A DNA stretch of 64,000 bases from Squalus acanthias (lineage: Eukaryota), in NCBI GenBank assembly GCA_030390025.1, contig CM059432.1, positions 48,610,001 to 48,674,000 on the forward strand, given 5' to 3'. The translations under genes were made by a program, and so were the position numbers. A model generated the notes under the pieces. It ran no database searches. It was not told the origin of the DNA and saw nothing but the letters and a program-made list of their open reading frames with translations. Of this stretch, positions 50,811-63,167 are shown in pieces. Every line of letters starts with the position of its first letter. Position 1 is the first letter of the stretch.

Positions 50811-51965
50811 CAATGGAAGTAATACTCCCTCGAATTTCCTTTCTTTGAAGTTGTTCTGAATTAATGTAAATAATAGCACAGAGCCCCTGAGCTGTTTTTC
50901 CAATTTCACAATAGTTGATGGGCACAAGTGATACTGTGTAGAGAGAGGCATGCCTCAGGAATTACAGAGGGCACATTCATCTCAGAGACGAGACTGACAC
51001 TCTGCTTTCAGGGAATTAGATTTAATAAGCGAATCCTTTGTGACCTATGTGAGAAAAGATTTAGTATTTGAAGCTCATGTAATTTAAATTCTCTAGATGC
51101 ATGTGAAAGTGTTTCTATATTAGCAATGTCTCTCAGAATCTGGCTGATGCAACCATAACCAGAATTCAGCACTGCATTTTCTGTCTGCCTCAGATCATTC
51201 TACATTATGCAAATATCTTTCTGCTTTTTCCCAGACTTTAGAGGGTGATTGAGACTTAGCTTTGGCGGATGGAAAATTCCAGAAATTACACTTGATTTCG
51301 AACTTCAGTTAGCCACGCCAAGTAAGTCCTGCTATGAATGACTTGAATTCTGAATGAGTAAAATTAACTTTGAATTTTCTTGAAGCATTGCCATTACTGC
51401 TGCCAGGTATTTTGGAACTGAATTACCTTCTGAGGGGCCCCAAAGCTGATTCTTCTTTGTATCACACATGTCATAGGAATAAATAACGGCTATTTTCTAC
51501 TCCATTTGCAGTGAGAGGAGGCAAACAATCGCCACACCAGCAAATTAAATACTCCAAATGATTTGAAAAGTAGATTTCTATTTAAGTCTTCCAGGACCCT
51601 GCATGTATCCCAGTGTACACCAAAGATAAGTATAATAGAATTTAATCAATTACTTATCACCACACAACAAAAATGTAATGTAGTAACAGTAAAGTATGTT
51701 ACAATCAGAAACTGGTCTTGAGGTGCTGCAGAATTACACGACCTTGGTTATGATATTTAGCATGAAAACTTGGCATGTGTTAAGTGTTCAGAACAATTAG
51801 GCATACAGTTAATTTAACTGAGTTTTCTTTGCCTCACCTTATGAATTAACAGCATAGTGCTTAAGTTGTTGACTTCACAAATCTCAGGGCTGGTTGATGC
51901 ACAATCCACAGGCCGCTTGCAATGGAGCTTGTTCAGTCTTAGACAATACACTAGGCAAGACACTA

Positions 51966-54133
51966 GGGGCTAAAAACTCGTGGCCGCTACGAGAGTTGCC
52001 GGTGTCACCGCGGCCTTGGGTTAATGGCCGCTGAAAGTGGACAAAGTGCTACCAGAGATATATTCGCATCTGGAGCTAAAGGTTTTTAGCCCAGCGCTAA
52101 CTTACCGTGTAACGCCCTCCTGGTGGCGTTAGTTCAGGCATGAGAGTCGAAGTTCCCGTCCAGGAGCGGCGTTCCAGCTTCCAAACAGACTCTGAAGCGA
52201 GGCAACAGAGTTTGCTAGGCATTGTGGGAAATTAAAAGAGCAATGCCTTCTGAACCAATAAAAATAAAAATGAAGTGAAAAAATGCAGTTTTCAGGCCTT
52301 ACTGCCTTAAAAAAATTGACACTAAAAAGAAGTCCCAAATGGGAAGCTTCAGCTCTTAAAGCTAAATTCCCTTCTGAGCCTTAAAAAATGGGAAAAGTGC
52401 TTCAGCACTAACACAAATAGCTCAGCAAGCCAGGGTAGGTGCACCCAGGGTCTCGCACGCAGCACTCCAGCTTTATGCAGGGGGTCAACAGGAGGCCCTC
52501 CAGAAAGAAGGATGTGGGACCAGATCACTGAGGCCGTCTCTGTCAGCAGTGTCACCCCCACCACCTGGCTCTAGTGCCCAAAGAAGCTTCATGACCTCAG
52601 ACCACTGGTCAAGGTCAGTGAAAGCCATCTCCTACCAACTGCACCACTAGCCTCACACACTGCTCAATGCATGACTACCACCCCCCCAACCCTGTCAATC
52701 ACTCACCGACCAACAATTTGTACCAATCACAAGGCACATCTCCCATTCCTAGCCTCACCTCACCCCCTTGGAAGAGACGGTGCAGGCCATCCTTGGCAGG
52801 GGCATGGCTGAGCCCTTGGCCAGCGGCGGGGCATAATGGATAGAAGATTCTGGTATTTTCATACGTTAGCCTCCTTCTGGCCCTTTCCCGCCTCTCTTCA
52901 GCACAACTCCACCCTTGTGCCTTCCTAGCCAGTGGTTGGCCAAGAGGAGGGAGAGGAGAGTGAAGAAGAAGAAGTAGAAACACAGTCACTTGAATTGACA
53001 ATCCCAGCCACCAGCTCCTCAAGGTCAACCAGCAAGACCATCTCCAGTGTCCCCCACTGAAAGTCAGCAGCCTTCCACCAGCCATGCTGCAGCCACTGGG
53101 GTAGCACTGCGTGACATCAGTGGGATAGGCAAAGGCACACACAAGACAGGTACTAAGAGAATGCATAAGGGTAATAAGTTGATTTCTTGATGCCATATTG
53201 GATGGATAGATGTATAAAGTTGGATTGGAAAGTTTGCTTTGTGGTGGTTTTTATTTCAGCGTCGTGGCCAAGAATGATGGTCAGTAACAGAGGGAAGGTA
53301 AGGTGTGGGACTAATGTTGAAAGGGGAATTGGGGTTCTGGTCACTGGTACTGCAGGCGGATGATTCCATCCCAGATATCCCGACCAGAAAGGGGGTTGTC
53401 TGGGTTGCATCTTTCCTTCTGCTTCCTCCTCTTCGGCTCTCTTCTTTTCGACTTCTTCCTCGTCTGTTTCTTCCTCTTCTGCTTCTTCCTCCTCCCACTG
53501 CAAGCAGCTGCTGTAAATCTGAATTGACAGCATAAAATGCTAGAAATACTCAGCAGGTCAGGCAGCATCTTGACCTGAGAAGTGAACTCTGTTTCTCTCT
53601 CCATGGATGTTGCCTAACCTGCTGAGTATTTGCAGCATTTTCTGACTTTTCAGAGGCCTTCCTTTATCATCCGAGGCCTTGCAAGTATTCAGCAGCACTC
53701 CCTACACACTTAAAAAACTTTTAACATCTATTGCAGCAAGCCACTACTTCAATAAAATCAAAAAACCCAATCCAAAAGCTTAAATGCAAACTTACGTGAA
53801 AGATATGTGTGTCTTTTTAAGAGGTGTTGACAGCGCCTCTGTCAGTCTGCTGCATGCTGGGTTTACTTGGCGAGCTTAGGACCCAGGGCTGAATTCAGCG
53901 CAAAGGTCCAAGTTTGCCGTGGTGACGTTAAGTTGCCGTTGCACGCTGACTGACGTCACCTCTCCCTCATTTTACTTTGCTGGGCGACGGATGCGACCGG
54001 CATTGCTGCTGGGCCTGGGAAAATGGAGGATGCCGGGGGGACCCGCCACCAGCTGGCAAGAGCAGCGGCCGCCCTCTTAACGCAACTTTTTGCCGGTAAC
54101 ATGTAGCGTTTAGTCCCCCAAATTTTTAGCGCT
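51966..54133. mobile_element. Deleted Harbinger derivative, family C
   Basis: GGGGCTAAAAA start and TTTTTAGCGC end; Myb exon-1 remnant; first ~950 bp match 19615-20650. Confidence 0.7.
53526..53645. repeat. Inverted pair of Penelope-like repeat fragments
   Basis: AAATGC...ATACTCAGCAGGTCAGGCAGCATC pairs with GATGTTGCCTAACCTGCTGAGTATTTGCAGCATTT. Confidence 0.7.
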
Positions 54134-54519
54134 AAAACTGGAGAACTGGGGCATCTCAGCTATGACGCAAGCTACTTAAGTGAGCCTGTTCTTGTCCTCA
54201 CTCGATATTCACATGTGCCCAGTTTCAGCAGCGATTGCTGGATAGAGATCAGGATCCAATTTTCTCCTCTCCAACCAGAGACACTAAATCCAATTACATT
54301 TACCCGACCCTCTCTCCAGCTGAGATCAGCTGACTCGGCACCGACTAGGGATTGAATCTAGTACTTTCCCAGCTATTCACTGGCTAAAATCACTAAGTCC
54401 CTGTTCTCCAATCTGACAGTTTTGAGCAGCAGAGCTCACAAGGAAAAGAGAGAGTTAAGAAAAAAACATTTTTAAAGAAAAATATAGCAAATCAAAAAAA
54501 TATTGCTGAAAGCATTGAA

Positions 54520-54725
54520 CTAAAACAGAAAATGTGGAAATATAGACCAAGTTGTTCAGCATCAGAAAGAGAAAGAAAGGTTGTTTTCAAATGCAGCTCT
54601 TTATCAGAACTGGCAGTCCTGGGTTCTGATGACGGGTCCCACCCATAACATTAACTTATTTTTCTCTTTCAGACTCTGACTGATCTGTGTATTTTCAGCT
54701 ATTTCTGATTCTGCTTTAGTTTTGC
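54520..54725. repeat. Older inverted Penelope-like repeat pair with degenerate hammerhead motif
   Basis: TTCTGATGACGGGTCCCACCCATAACATTAACT at ~54624-54656; diverged inverted arm upstream. Confidence 0.5.
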
Positions 54726-55171
54726 ACGTTTCATACATTTTATCTCTGTTGAGACTGCTATTTTGGAATATTTCACTGACAGAATTTTAAATAACTGTAA
54801 GGGCATTCCAAATGAGGAGCAGCTCTGGCAAGCGATGCAGGTCGCCAAATCACAGGCCCACAGGCACATGAATTCCCATCATTTATGGGTTGCATGTTGG
54901 TAATTTGATGACCTGGGCTCTGTGTAGATACCGTTCCTAACTGGGAGGGCCTGATTGTGGAATCAGCAGTGTGGTACCAATTATATCGCCAACCCACATT
55001 TTCAGTGCGTTTCTTTTTGAAATGGGATGCAGATTTTTTTTCCTCCACAAGGTTAAAGTACATCTTTTATGGACTAGAGGGTATTTATAAATGTCAACAG
55101 ATATATTTTTCTCTTTACTGCCAGTTAGGAGCGGCATCGGGGTCAGCAAATTACCAACATGCAACCCATAA

Positions 55172-57425
55172 ATGAAGCTTTTAGAATCAATAATCAGGGA
55201 CAAAATTAACAGTCACTTGGACAAGTGTGGATTAATTAAGGAAAGCCAGCACGGATTTGTTAAAGGCAAATCATGTTTAACTAAATTGATTGAGTTCTTT
55301 GATGAGGTAACAGAGAGGGTTGATGAGGGTAATGCAGTTGACGTAGTGTACATGGATTTCCAAAAGGCGTTCGACAAAGTGCCGCATAATAGGCTTGCCA
55401 GCAAAGTTGAAGCCCATGGAATAAAAGGGACAGTGGCAGCATGGATACGGAATTGGCTAAGTGATAGGAAACAGAGAGTAGTGGTGAATGGTTGTTTTTT
55501 GGACTGGAGGAAGGTATACAGTGGTGTTCCCCAGGGGTCGGTTCTAGGACCACTGCTTTTTCTTGATATATATTAATGACTTGGATGTGGGCATACAGGG
55601 CACAATTTCAAAATTTGCAGATGACACAAAAGTTGGAAGTATAGTGAACAGTGAGGAGGAGAGTGATAGACTTCAGGAAGACACAGACAGAGTGGTGAAA
55701 TGGGCAGACACGTGGCAGATGAAATTTAACGCAGAAAAGTGTGAAGTGATACATTTTGGTAGAAAGAATGAGGAGAGGGCGTATAAACTAAATGGTACAA
55801 TCCTGAAGGGGGTGCACGAACAGAGAGACCTGGGGCTATGTGTGCACAAATCGGTGAAGGTTGCAGGGCAGGTTGAGAAAGCTGTTAAAAAGGTTTACGG
55901 GAACCTGGGCTTCATGAACAGAGGTATAGAGTACAAAAGTGTGGAAATTATGATACATAGATACATAGATACATAGAAGATAGGAGCAGGAGTAGGCCAT
56001 CCGGCCCTTCGAGCCTGCTCCGCCATTTAATGAGATCATGGCTGATCCTCCAATTCAGTATCCCGTCCCCGCCTTCTCTCCGTAACCCTTAACCCCTTTT
56101 GCCTGTAGAAATATATCTAATTCCCTCTTAAATATATTTAATGAGCTGGCGTACACTGCCCTCTGTGGCAATGAGTTCCACAGGTTCACCACCCTCTGAG
56201 TGAAGAAATTCCCCCTCATTTCTGTCCTAAATGGTTTAGCCCTTATCCTTAAATTATGTCCTCTAGTTCTGTTCTCACCCGCCAAGGGAAACATTCCTTC
56301 TGCATCTAGTCTGTCTAGACCTGTCAGAATTTTATACACTTCTATGAGGTCCCCTCTCAATCTTCTAAACTCCAGTGTGTACATCCCTAAACTACATAGT
56401 CTCTCCTCATAGGTCAATCCCGCCATTCCTGGTATCAGCCTGGTGAATCGCCGCTGCACCCCCTCCATGGCAAGAACATCTTTCCTCAGATGAGGCGACC
56501 AAAACTGTACACAGTACTCGAGGTGTGGTCTCACCAGTGCCCTGTACAGCTGCAGCAAGGTATCCCTGTTCCTGTATTCCAACCCTTTTGCTATGAAGGC
56601 CAGCATACCGTTTGCCTTCTTGACCACCTGTTGCACCTGCATGCTCGCCTTCAGTGACTGGTGTACAAGAACACCCAGGTCTCTCTGTACTTCCCCCTCT
56701 CCCAATTTATTGCCATTTAAATAATAATTTGCCCTCCCGTTCCTGCACCCAAGGTGGATAACTTCGCACTTGTCCACATTATAGTGCATCTGCCATTTAT
56801 CCGCCCAATCACCCAGTCTGTCCAAATCGCTCTGGATGATGAACCTGTATAAAACACTAGTTCGGCCCCAACTGGAGTATTCTGTCCAATTCTGGGCACC
56901 ACACTTTAGGAAGGATTTGAAGGCCTTAGAGAGGGTGCAGAAAAGATTTACGAGAATGATTCCAGGAATGAGGGACTTCAGTTACGTTGATAGATTGGAG
57001 AAGCTGGGGTTGTTCTCCTTGGGGCAGAGAAGAGTGAGAGGAGATTTGATAGAGGTGTTCAAAATCATGAGGGGTCTGGACAGAGTAGATAGAGGGCAAC
57101 TGTTCCCATTGGCAGAAGGGTCGAGAACCAGAGGACACAGATTTAAGGTGATCGGCAAAAGAACCAAAGGCGATGTAAGAAAAAAACTTTTTAATGCAGC
57201 GAGTGGTTAAGATCTGGAATGCACTGGCTGAAAGGGTGGTGGAGGCAGATTCAATTGTGGCTTTCAAAAGGGAATTGGATAAGTACCTGAAGGAAAGAAA
57301 TTTGCAGGGCTACGGGGAAAGGGCAGATATGTGGGACTAGTTGAAGTGCTCTTGTAGAGAGCTGGCGTGGGCTCGACGGGCTGAATGGCCTTCTTCCGTG
57401 CTGTAACCATTCTATGATTCTATGA
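55172..57425 (+). mobile_element. CR1 LINE (RT to 3' tail), interrupted by a nested CR1
   Basis: QHGF, YMDFQKAFDKVPH, GVPQGSVLGP, FADDTK, RPQLEYSVQFW; ATTCTATG tail repeat. Confidence 0.92.
55954..56833 (-). mobile_element. Young CR1 3' fragment nested antisense in CR1
   Basis: Uninterrupted 256-codon ORF2 C-terminus; (TATCTATG)n tail; ATGAT flanks. Confidence 0.92.
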
Positions 57426-57803
57426 TTGCTAAATGCAAACAGGCTGTGAAAAAAAATCTCCCATAAACATCAGTGACATCTCATTTGCACAACCATTTGT
57501 CTTTGCTGCATTGCACACTGTCGGTTAAAGGTTTGGCTACTGAAATATGTGCCTCTTTCTGCATGCAGACAAGTGACTATAGAATAGAAGTAAAACCCAC
57601 TAAAGAACTTGACTGACTGATTGAATTGATATTATTTTTCCTTGAGGGGAAGGGAGTGAGAGATCAGCAAAATGGCATTTAGCAGGAATTGGCTTCATGC
57701 TCCATGGCATCCAATAAATTAAGATGTCAGCACTACAAAAAGCTCCATTACACTAGATCTACGGTTTGCTGGTAACCAGCTGGCTGAAAAATCTAGAAAT
57801 AAT

Positions 57804-58719
57804 GGCCCCGATATTTACTCGGGACCGGAAAGAGAGTGGGGGCAGGATTTTCAGACGGGAAACCTGAAAGTATGGGTTTCCCGGACATCCTGCAAAAATT
57901 AAATACAGGACGCCTTTTAAATTTTCTCAACAGGTTTCCTGCCTGACAGCCAGCCTGCTTGACAGGCTGGTCACCTGTAGGGTGGGAAAGCTGCTGGGGA
58001 GTGGATGCCAGGCAAGTAGGAGATCGTGGTGGGAAGGTGGTAGGGGACGATCGCAAGGGTAGTCGGACATTGCGGGGGGTGAGCAGTCGCAGATCACAGA
58101 GGGTGGGGGGGTCAGAGATCGTGGGAGGTGGGGGGAGTCAGAGATCGTGGGGAGAGTCAGAGATCGAGGGGAGGTGGGGAGTGTCGGAGATCGAGGGGCG
58201 AGTCAGAGATTGAGGGGAGAGTCGGAGGTCGAGGGGCGAGTCAGAGATCGAGGGGAGAGTCGGAGATCGAGGGGAGAGTCGGAGATCGAGGGGAGAGTCG
58301 GAGATCGCGGGGAGGTTGAGAGGAGTTGGACATTGTGGGGTCCGATCGCGGGTTCTGTAAAGAGATTAGCTTGGGGGGGGGGGCGGGGGGGTGGTGAAAC
58401 ACTCCTGCTGTTTCAGGCCAACAAGCAGTGCTGTAAATGCACTGAGCTCACTGATCCGACCCTTCTCGCCTCCTTTTACCTGTCGGCCTCCATGGGTTAA
58501 AAATAAAAATCCTGTAAAAATGGAGGCACGCAGCATCCTTAAAGCTTTTACCAACCTACTTGCCTCCTGAGAGCGGATTGATTGCCTGCCTCCCGACTCA
58601 CCTCTGTTAAAACCGGAAGTGGGCGGTTTGGAGGCAAGTTGGGGTCGGGTTTCAGAATTTTAAAATTTTTACCTCCCACCAGACCCGAACCCACTTGTCC
58701 TTGGGGTTAAAATTCCCCC
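57804..58719. mobile_element. Harbinger-type MITE with internal minisatellite
   Basis: Termini GGCCCCGATATTTA / TAAAATTCCCCC; TSD AAT. Confidence 0.85.
58135..58312 (+). repeat. ~19-bp minisatellite (GGAGAGTCGGAGATCGAGG)n, about 9 units
   Basis: Tandem units read directly from the sequence. Confidence 0.9.
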
Positions 58720-60589
58720 AATGTTTCAGTGCCATTGTGTAAGGTATTATTCTCCCCTATACTGCCACTAAATTGGATCTGAATGGTCTGCTTCAATATA
58801 AAAGAGCAGAATTACAATGAGAAATTAAATCGTGACACAAATGCTTAGCTTTGCCCTTGATCATTGGCATAGAGAACGAAAATCCCCTAAAGGTAAGATT
58901 AACTTAAAGAGAAGTCTCACTATCAGTAACTCATTCAAAGTTCAAGCAAGTACAAAGAATTGTGATGAGTTTTAATGTCCATTTGTTTTGCATATTTTTG
59001 CTTCAGCACCGAACATGAAGATGGAGTGGGCTCAGAGGAGCGAGGTTATCAGGAACCAAATTAATACACACACTGGGAAGGACAAGGTTGTTGAAGCACT
59101 TTTGCTTAAAGATAATGGCTAACCCCTGAAAAGGGGCGTGGCGATCGCGGTGCGTGATTAACCTGCGCCCGTTCATTGTGATGCAGGGTTAGGGTTACCT
59201 GTGCTGTTCTTTGGCTGCACGCATCAGCAGGGGGTCCGACAGCGTGAGAGGCGAGAGCTACTTAAAGAGGAGGTGCATTGTGGCAGCAAGAAGTGGTGAG
59301 AGTTTTTCTGGGTTGTGATACTTTGAGCAATGGCTAAACATGCACCAAGGTTTTCTGACAATGCACTGGAGGTCTTGGTGCAAGACGTGGAGAGAAGGAG
59401 AGACATCCTGTATCCGCAGGGAGACAGGAGGACTTCCAGACAGATGCTCAGGAAGAAGTAGCGGTGGAGGTCAATGCCAGGAGTGTTGCTCCTAGAACAT
59501 GGATGCAGTGCAGGAAGAAGTTTAACGGTCTGACACGAGTTGTCAGGGTGAATGAGTTCATCTTCAAATGGCATATCCTACCAACTGCACCACTAGCCTC
59601 ATCCACTGCTCAATTCACTGCATCCCCGCCATCCATCTACCAACAATCTCTATCAATCAGTACTCAACCCTTCAATTCATATGCTTTAGCTCATCCTCAC
59701 ACACTTCACTCTGTTGCAAGCCTCTCAACCACAACACACAGATTGCACACACTGGCAGCTATTCAACCATGACAGCCACATCACTCAAACATATTGCAGG
59801 ACACTCACTGACACACTTTCCTCTTTCATTCAGGAGAAGGTGGCACATAACAGGAGGCAGCAGGAAAGAACTGGAGGAGGACAAGCACGCCTGCATGTTT
59901 TAACCCCCATGGAGGAGGTAGTGCTGGCCATCATGGGAAGGGGCATTGCTGAGGCTGTGGCCACTGGTGGGCCTGGAGGGATCTATGATGAGGGTATCTG
60001 CATATATAATCCTCCTTCTCTCATCCCACTTCTCCCTCATTCTCTGTTCTGACTGACAAGCTACAGACGGTGTAAGCACACACTTCTTACTTTCTCCTTT
60101 CCCCTCACCACAAACCAATCCTGAAACCTTCCCAGTCAGAGGAGGACGAGGAAAATGACAGTAAAGATGAAGAGACACCGTCACTCGATCTTACACTCGC
60201 AGCCATCAGCTCAGAGACTGACACTGCACATCATTTATAGGATGGGATAGTGGAGGGATCAGCACGTGGTGAGACACTGGGCACAAGTGCGAAGGAGTCA
60301 GGGTAGGGGGAAAGGATGGCGTAGGTGCCAGCTCGCCAGAGGGTGAAGTTGCACACTAGTTCTGCTGCAAAGGAGTCAGATGAGGACTTCGATGAGCCAG
60401 GCTATAGAAGAAGGCTGATGGGTGTACATAACCAAATGCTTGGTGCACTGGAAAGCCTGGCGGAAAGCCTGTGCACAATGTCAAGGAGCATGGAGGAGTC
60501 CAGAGCTTTGTGCAGAGCTTGGAGCCCATCCTTTCCAACATGGAACGGGTGGTCACCTTCATCAGCACACCTGTGGAACCCACCATGAT

Positions 60590-60924
60590 TCAGAGCCATC
60601 TTTCGTTCCTTAACTTGTCCCATTACCATCTCCTTTTGCCTTGCACCATCTCTTAATCTCTCTTAATGTCTCTTAATCTCTCCTGCCTTCCATCCTATCA
60701 CAGACCTTCCCTTTTGTTCTTTCCACCCCTCCCCCCTTTCCCTGCCTCTGTACTTGCTTAAAAACCTGTTACATCTCTAACGTTTTCCAGTTCTGACAAA
60801 GGGTCATCGACCTGAAACGTTAACTCTGTTTCTCTCTCCACAGATGCTGCCTGACCTGCTGAGTATTTCCAGTATTTTCTGTTTTTATTTCAGATTTCCA
60901 GCATCCGCAGTATTTTGCTTTTGT
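60590..60924 (+). mobile_element. Penelope-like short retroelement with minimal hammerhead motif
   Basis: TSD ATGAT (60585-60589/60925-60929); absent from the homologous position of element 4. Confidence 0.78.
60789..60825 (+). ncRNA. Minimal type I hammerhead ribozyme-like motif (one core mismatch)
   Basis: AGUU-CUGACAA-AGGGUC/AUC/GACCU-GAAAC-GUU-AACU: stem I AGUU/AACU, stem II, palindromic AACGUU in place of stem III; CUGACAA rather than CUGANGA. Confidence 0.65.
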
Positions 60925-61623
60925 ATGATGCAGTGTCTGATGGCCGATGTCACAGTTTGCATTGCAGCACAAACAGCTTCCATCAAAGGTCTGAGTGCTG
61001 CAGTGGAATCTCAGACTGCTGCCATCATAGCTCTGGATACAAAGGGGTTTCCAGGGCATCAGAGTTGTCCATCAATCTGTTCTCCAACAGATCAGTAAGA
61101 TTGCTGAGGCACTGCCCCAGAGCGTGGCAATGGCGAACCTGCTTTCTTCTCTCAGGATGACAGCATTTGTGCTCCCGCCCCTGCCACTCCGCCAGTGCCC
61201 TTGCTGTTGCCTGTCAACCAGCCAGCCCAGACTGCTGCCGCCCATGCCGAAATGTTCCAGTCTGAAGCCGGGCCTTATTTGCCCAGAGCTGTTTGAGGTT
61301 GCCGACCAAGGCCATTTGCAGTCTCTACAATTGAAGGTCAGCAGCCATCCACCACCCATGCTGCAGCCACTGGGGAAGCACCTCGTAGGAGCACTGAGAG
61401 AGGCAAAGGCACACGGAAGACAGGCACTAAGGGAATGTGCAAGGGTGATTAGTTTATTTTTGTATGCATTATGCAATGATTGAATTTATAAAATTGGATT
61501 GGAATGTGCATTTTCTGGTGGTTTTTATTTTTGTGTAGTCGGAAAGAGGACAATGTGACGGTCAGTGATAGAGGAAAGGTAAGGAGCATGGGACTGTTGG
61601 TAAATGTGGAAGTGTGGTTGAGG

Positions 61624-62788
61624 TTACTGATATGGCTCATGAACTATTTGATTTCGTAGAGCCCGGGCAGAAAGGAGCTGTCTATGTTGTAGCCTCCCGT
61701 CCTCTTCCTGTTCTACTTCCTCCTCCTCCTCCTCTTCCTCGCGTTCCTGCTCCTCAGCTTCTTGACTGATAGATGGTGGCAAGGGCAGTCGCCTCATCAT
61801 GGCATGGTTGTGCAGCATGCAGCATACCACCACAAATCTTCAGACCCGCTCAGCTGAGTACTACAGGACTCCTCCAGAGCAGTCCAGGCAGCGGAAGCGT
61901 TGCTTGAGGACGCTGATGGTGTGCTCTATAATGCTCCTTGTGGCAGAATGGCACTTATTGTAGGCCTGCTGTGCATGTTTGTCTGGGTTTTGGACCAGAG
62001 TCATGAACAATGTCATGAGTGGATAACCCTTGTTGCCCAGTAGCCAGCCTTTGACTAGCTTGACATGGTGGGTCAAGTACAGGTGGCACAGAGGACTGCC
62101 GCAGAATGAAGGAATCGTGACTGCTGCCAGGATAATTGGCCTGCATGATGAGCTGCCTGTGGTCGCACACCAGCTGCACATTGAGGGAGTGGAACCCCTT
62201 TCGGTTCATGAAAATGGCCAAGGTCACAATGTGCCTGCAGTCAATGGCACCCTGCACCATGGGGAAGCCTTCAATCCATGCAAACCCTTGTGCTCGCTCT
62301 GCCTGCTTGTCTCTGGAAAGAGGGAGTGAGATTAAACTGTTTCTCTGTGTATAGAGAGCCTCAGTGACATTGTTTATGCAGCAGTGTACTGCAAACTGCA
62401 TGATGTTGCTCATATCTCCAGCAGCAGCCTGGAAGGAGCCAGATGCATAAATGTTAAGAACCACGATCAGCTTGACAGCCACAGGCAATGCTGTCCTTAC
62501 CCTGCTTTGAGTGCAAACATGCGCAGCATGCCTACAGTTATGGCTGCAGCAGTTGGCAGATTTCAGTCACGACCTCTTTAGTGAAGCAAGATGTCCCATG
62601 TATTTGTCTTCGCTGAAGTTCGCTGAGTAAGAGAATTGCTCCCTAAAGACCCTGGGTGGATATGGCCTCCTGCTGAGAGCCCTTCTCCCCCTCCTCCCTC
62701 TTCTCACAGCATGTCCTGCTCTGCGTGGCCTCTTTTCATTTTCCCAGTCATGCTGAATTCCAAGAGGAAGGCCTACCAGGCCACCCAT
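61624..62788 (-). pseudogene. Harbinger DDE transposase, frameshifted
   Basis: [58 protein letters not shown]. Confidence 0.9.
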
Positions 62789-62964
62789 GTCTAGAAGCAA
62801 CTTGGTTCAGCACAAGATTTTAAATGAACAAAAAAGTATTTCAGCACCAACCAGACCACTTCCTGTAGACTATTGAAACTTTAGACAAGTATTGGAAAGC
62901 TCCAAAAACACACAGAATTGCACCAACAGCCAGAAGAAATAATCCAGCAACTAACCTGTAAGTA

Positions 62965-63167
62965 TGAGAAGTCGCACAACACCAGGTTATAATCCAACAG
63001 CTTTATTTGAAATCACAAGCTTTCGGAGCGCTGCTCCTTCGTCAGCAGCACTCCGAAAGCTTGTGATTTCAAATAAAGCTGTTGGACTATAACCTGGTGT
63101 TGTGCGACTTCTCACATTTGTCCACCCCAGTCCAACACCGGCATCTCCACATCATGGCTACTATCGA
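62965..63167. mobile_element. Penelope-like insertion with inverted pseudo-LTR (150-bp hairpin)
   Basis: Arms of ~71 bp with 2 mismatches over 62965-63114; 12-bp TSD AACCT(G/A)TAAGTA (62953-62964/63168-63179). Confidence 0.82.
63017..63045 (-). ncRNA. Minimal hammerhead core; stem I disrupted by the inversion junction
   Basis: Minus strand reads CUGACGA-A-GGAGC/AGC/GCUCC-GAAAG-CUU; palindromic AAGCUU. Confidence 0.7.

Noticed and set aside
58135..58312. CRISPR-like array
   Set aside because: Head-to-tail tandem units with no unique spacers, in a eukaryotic MITE.
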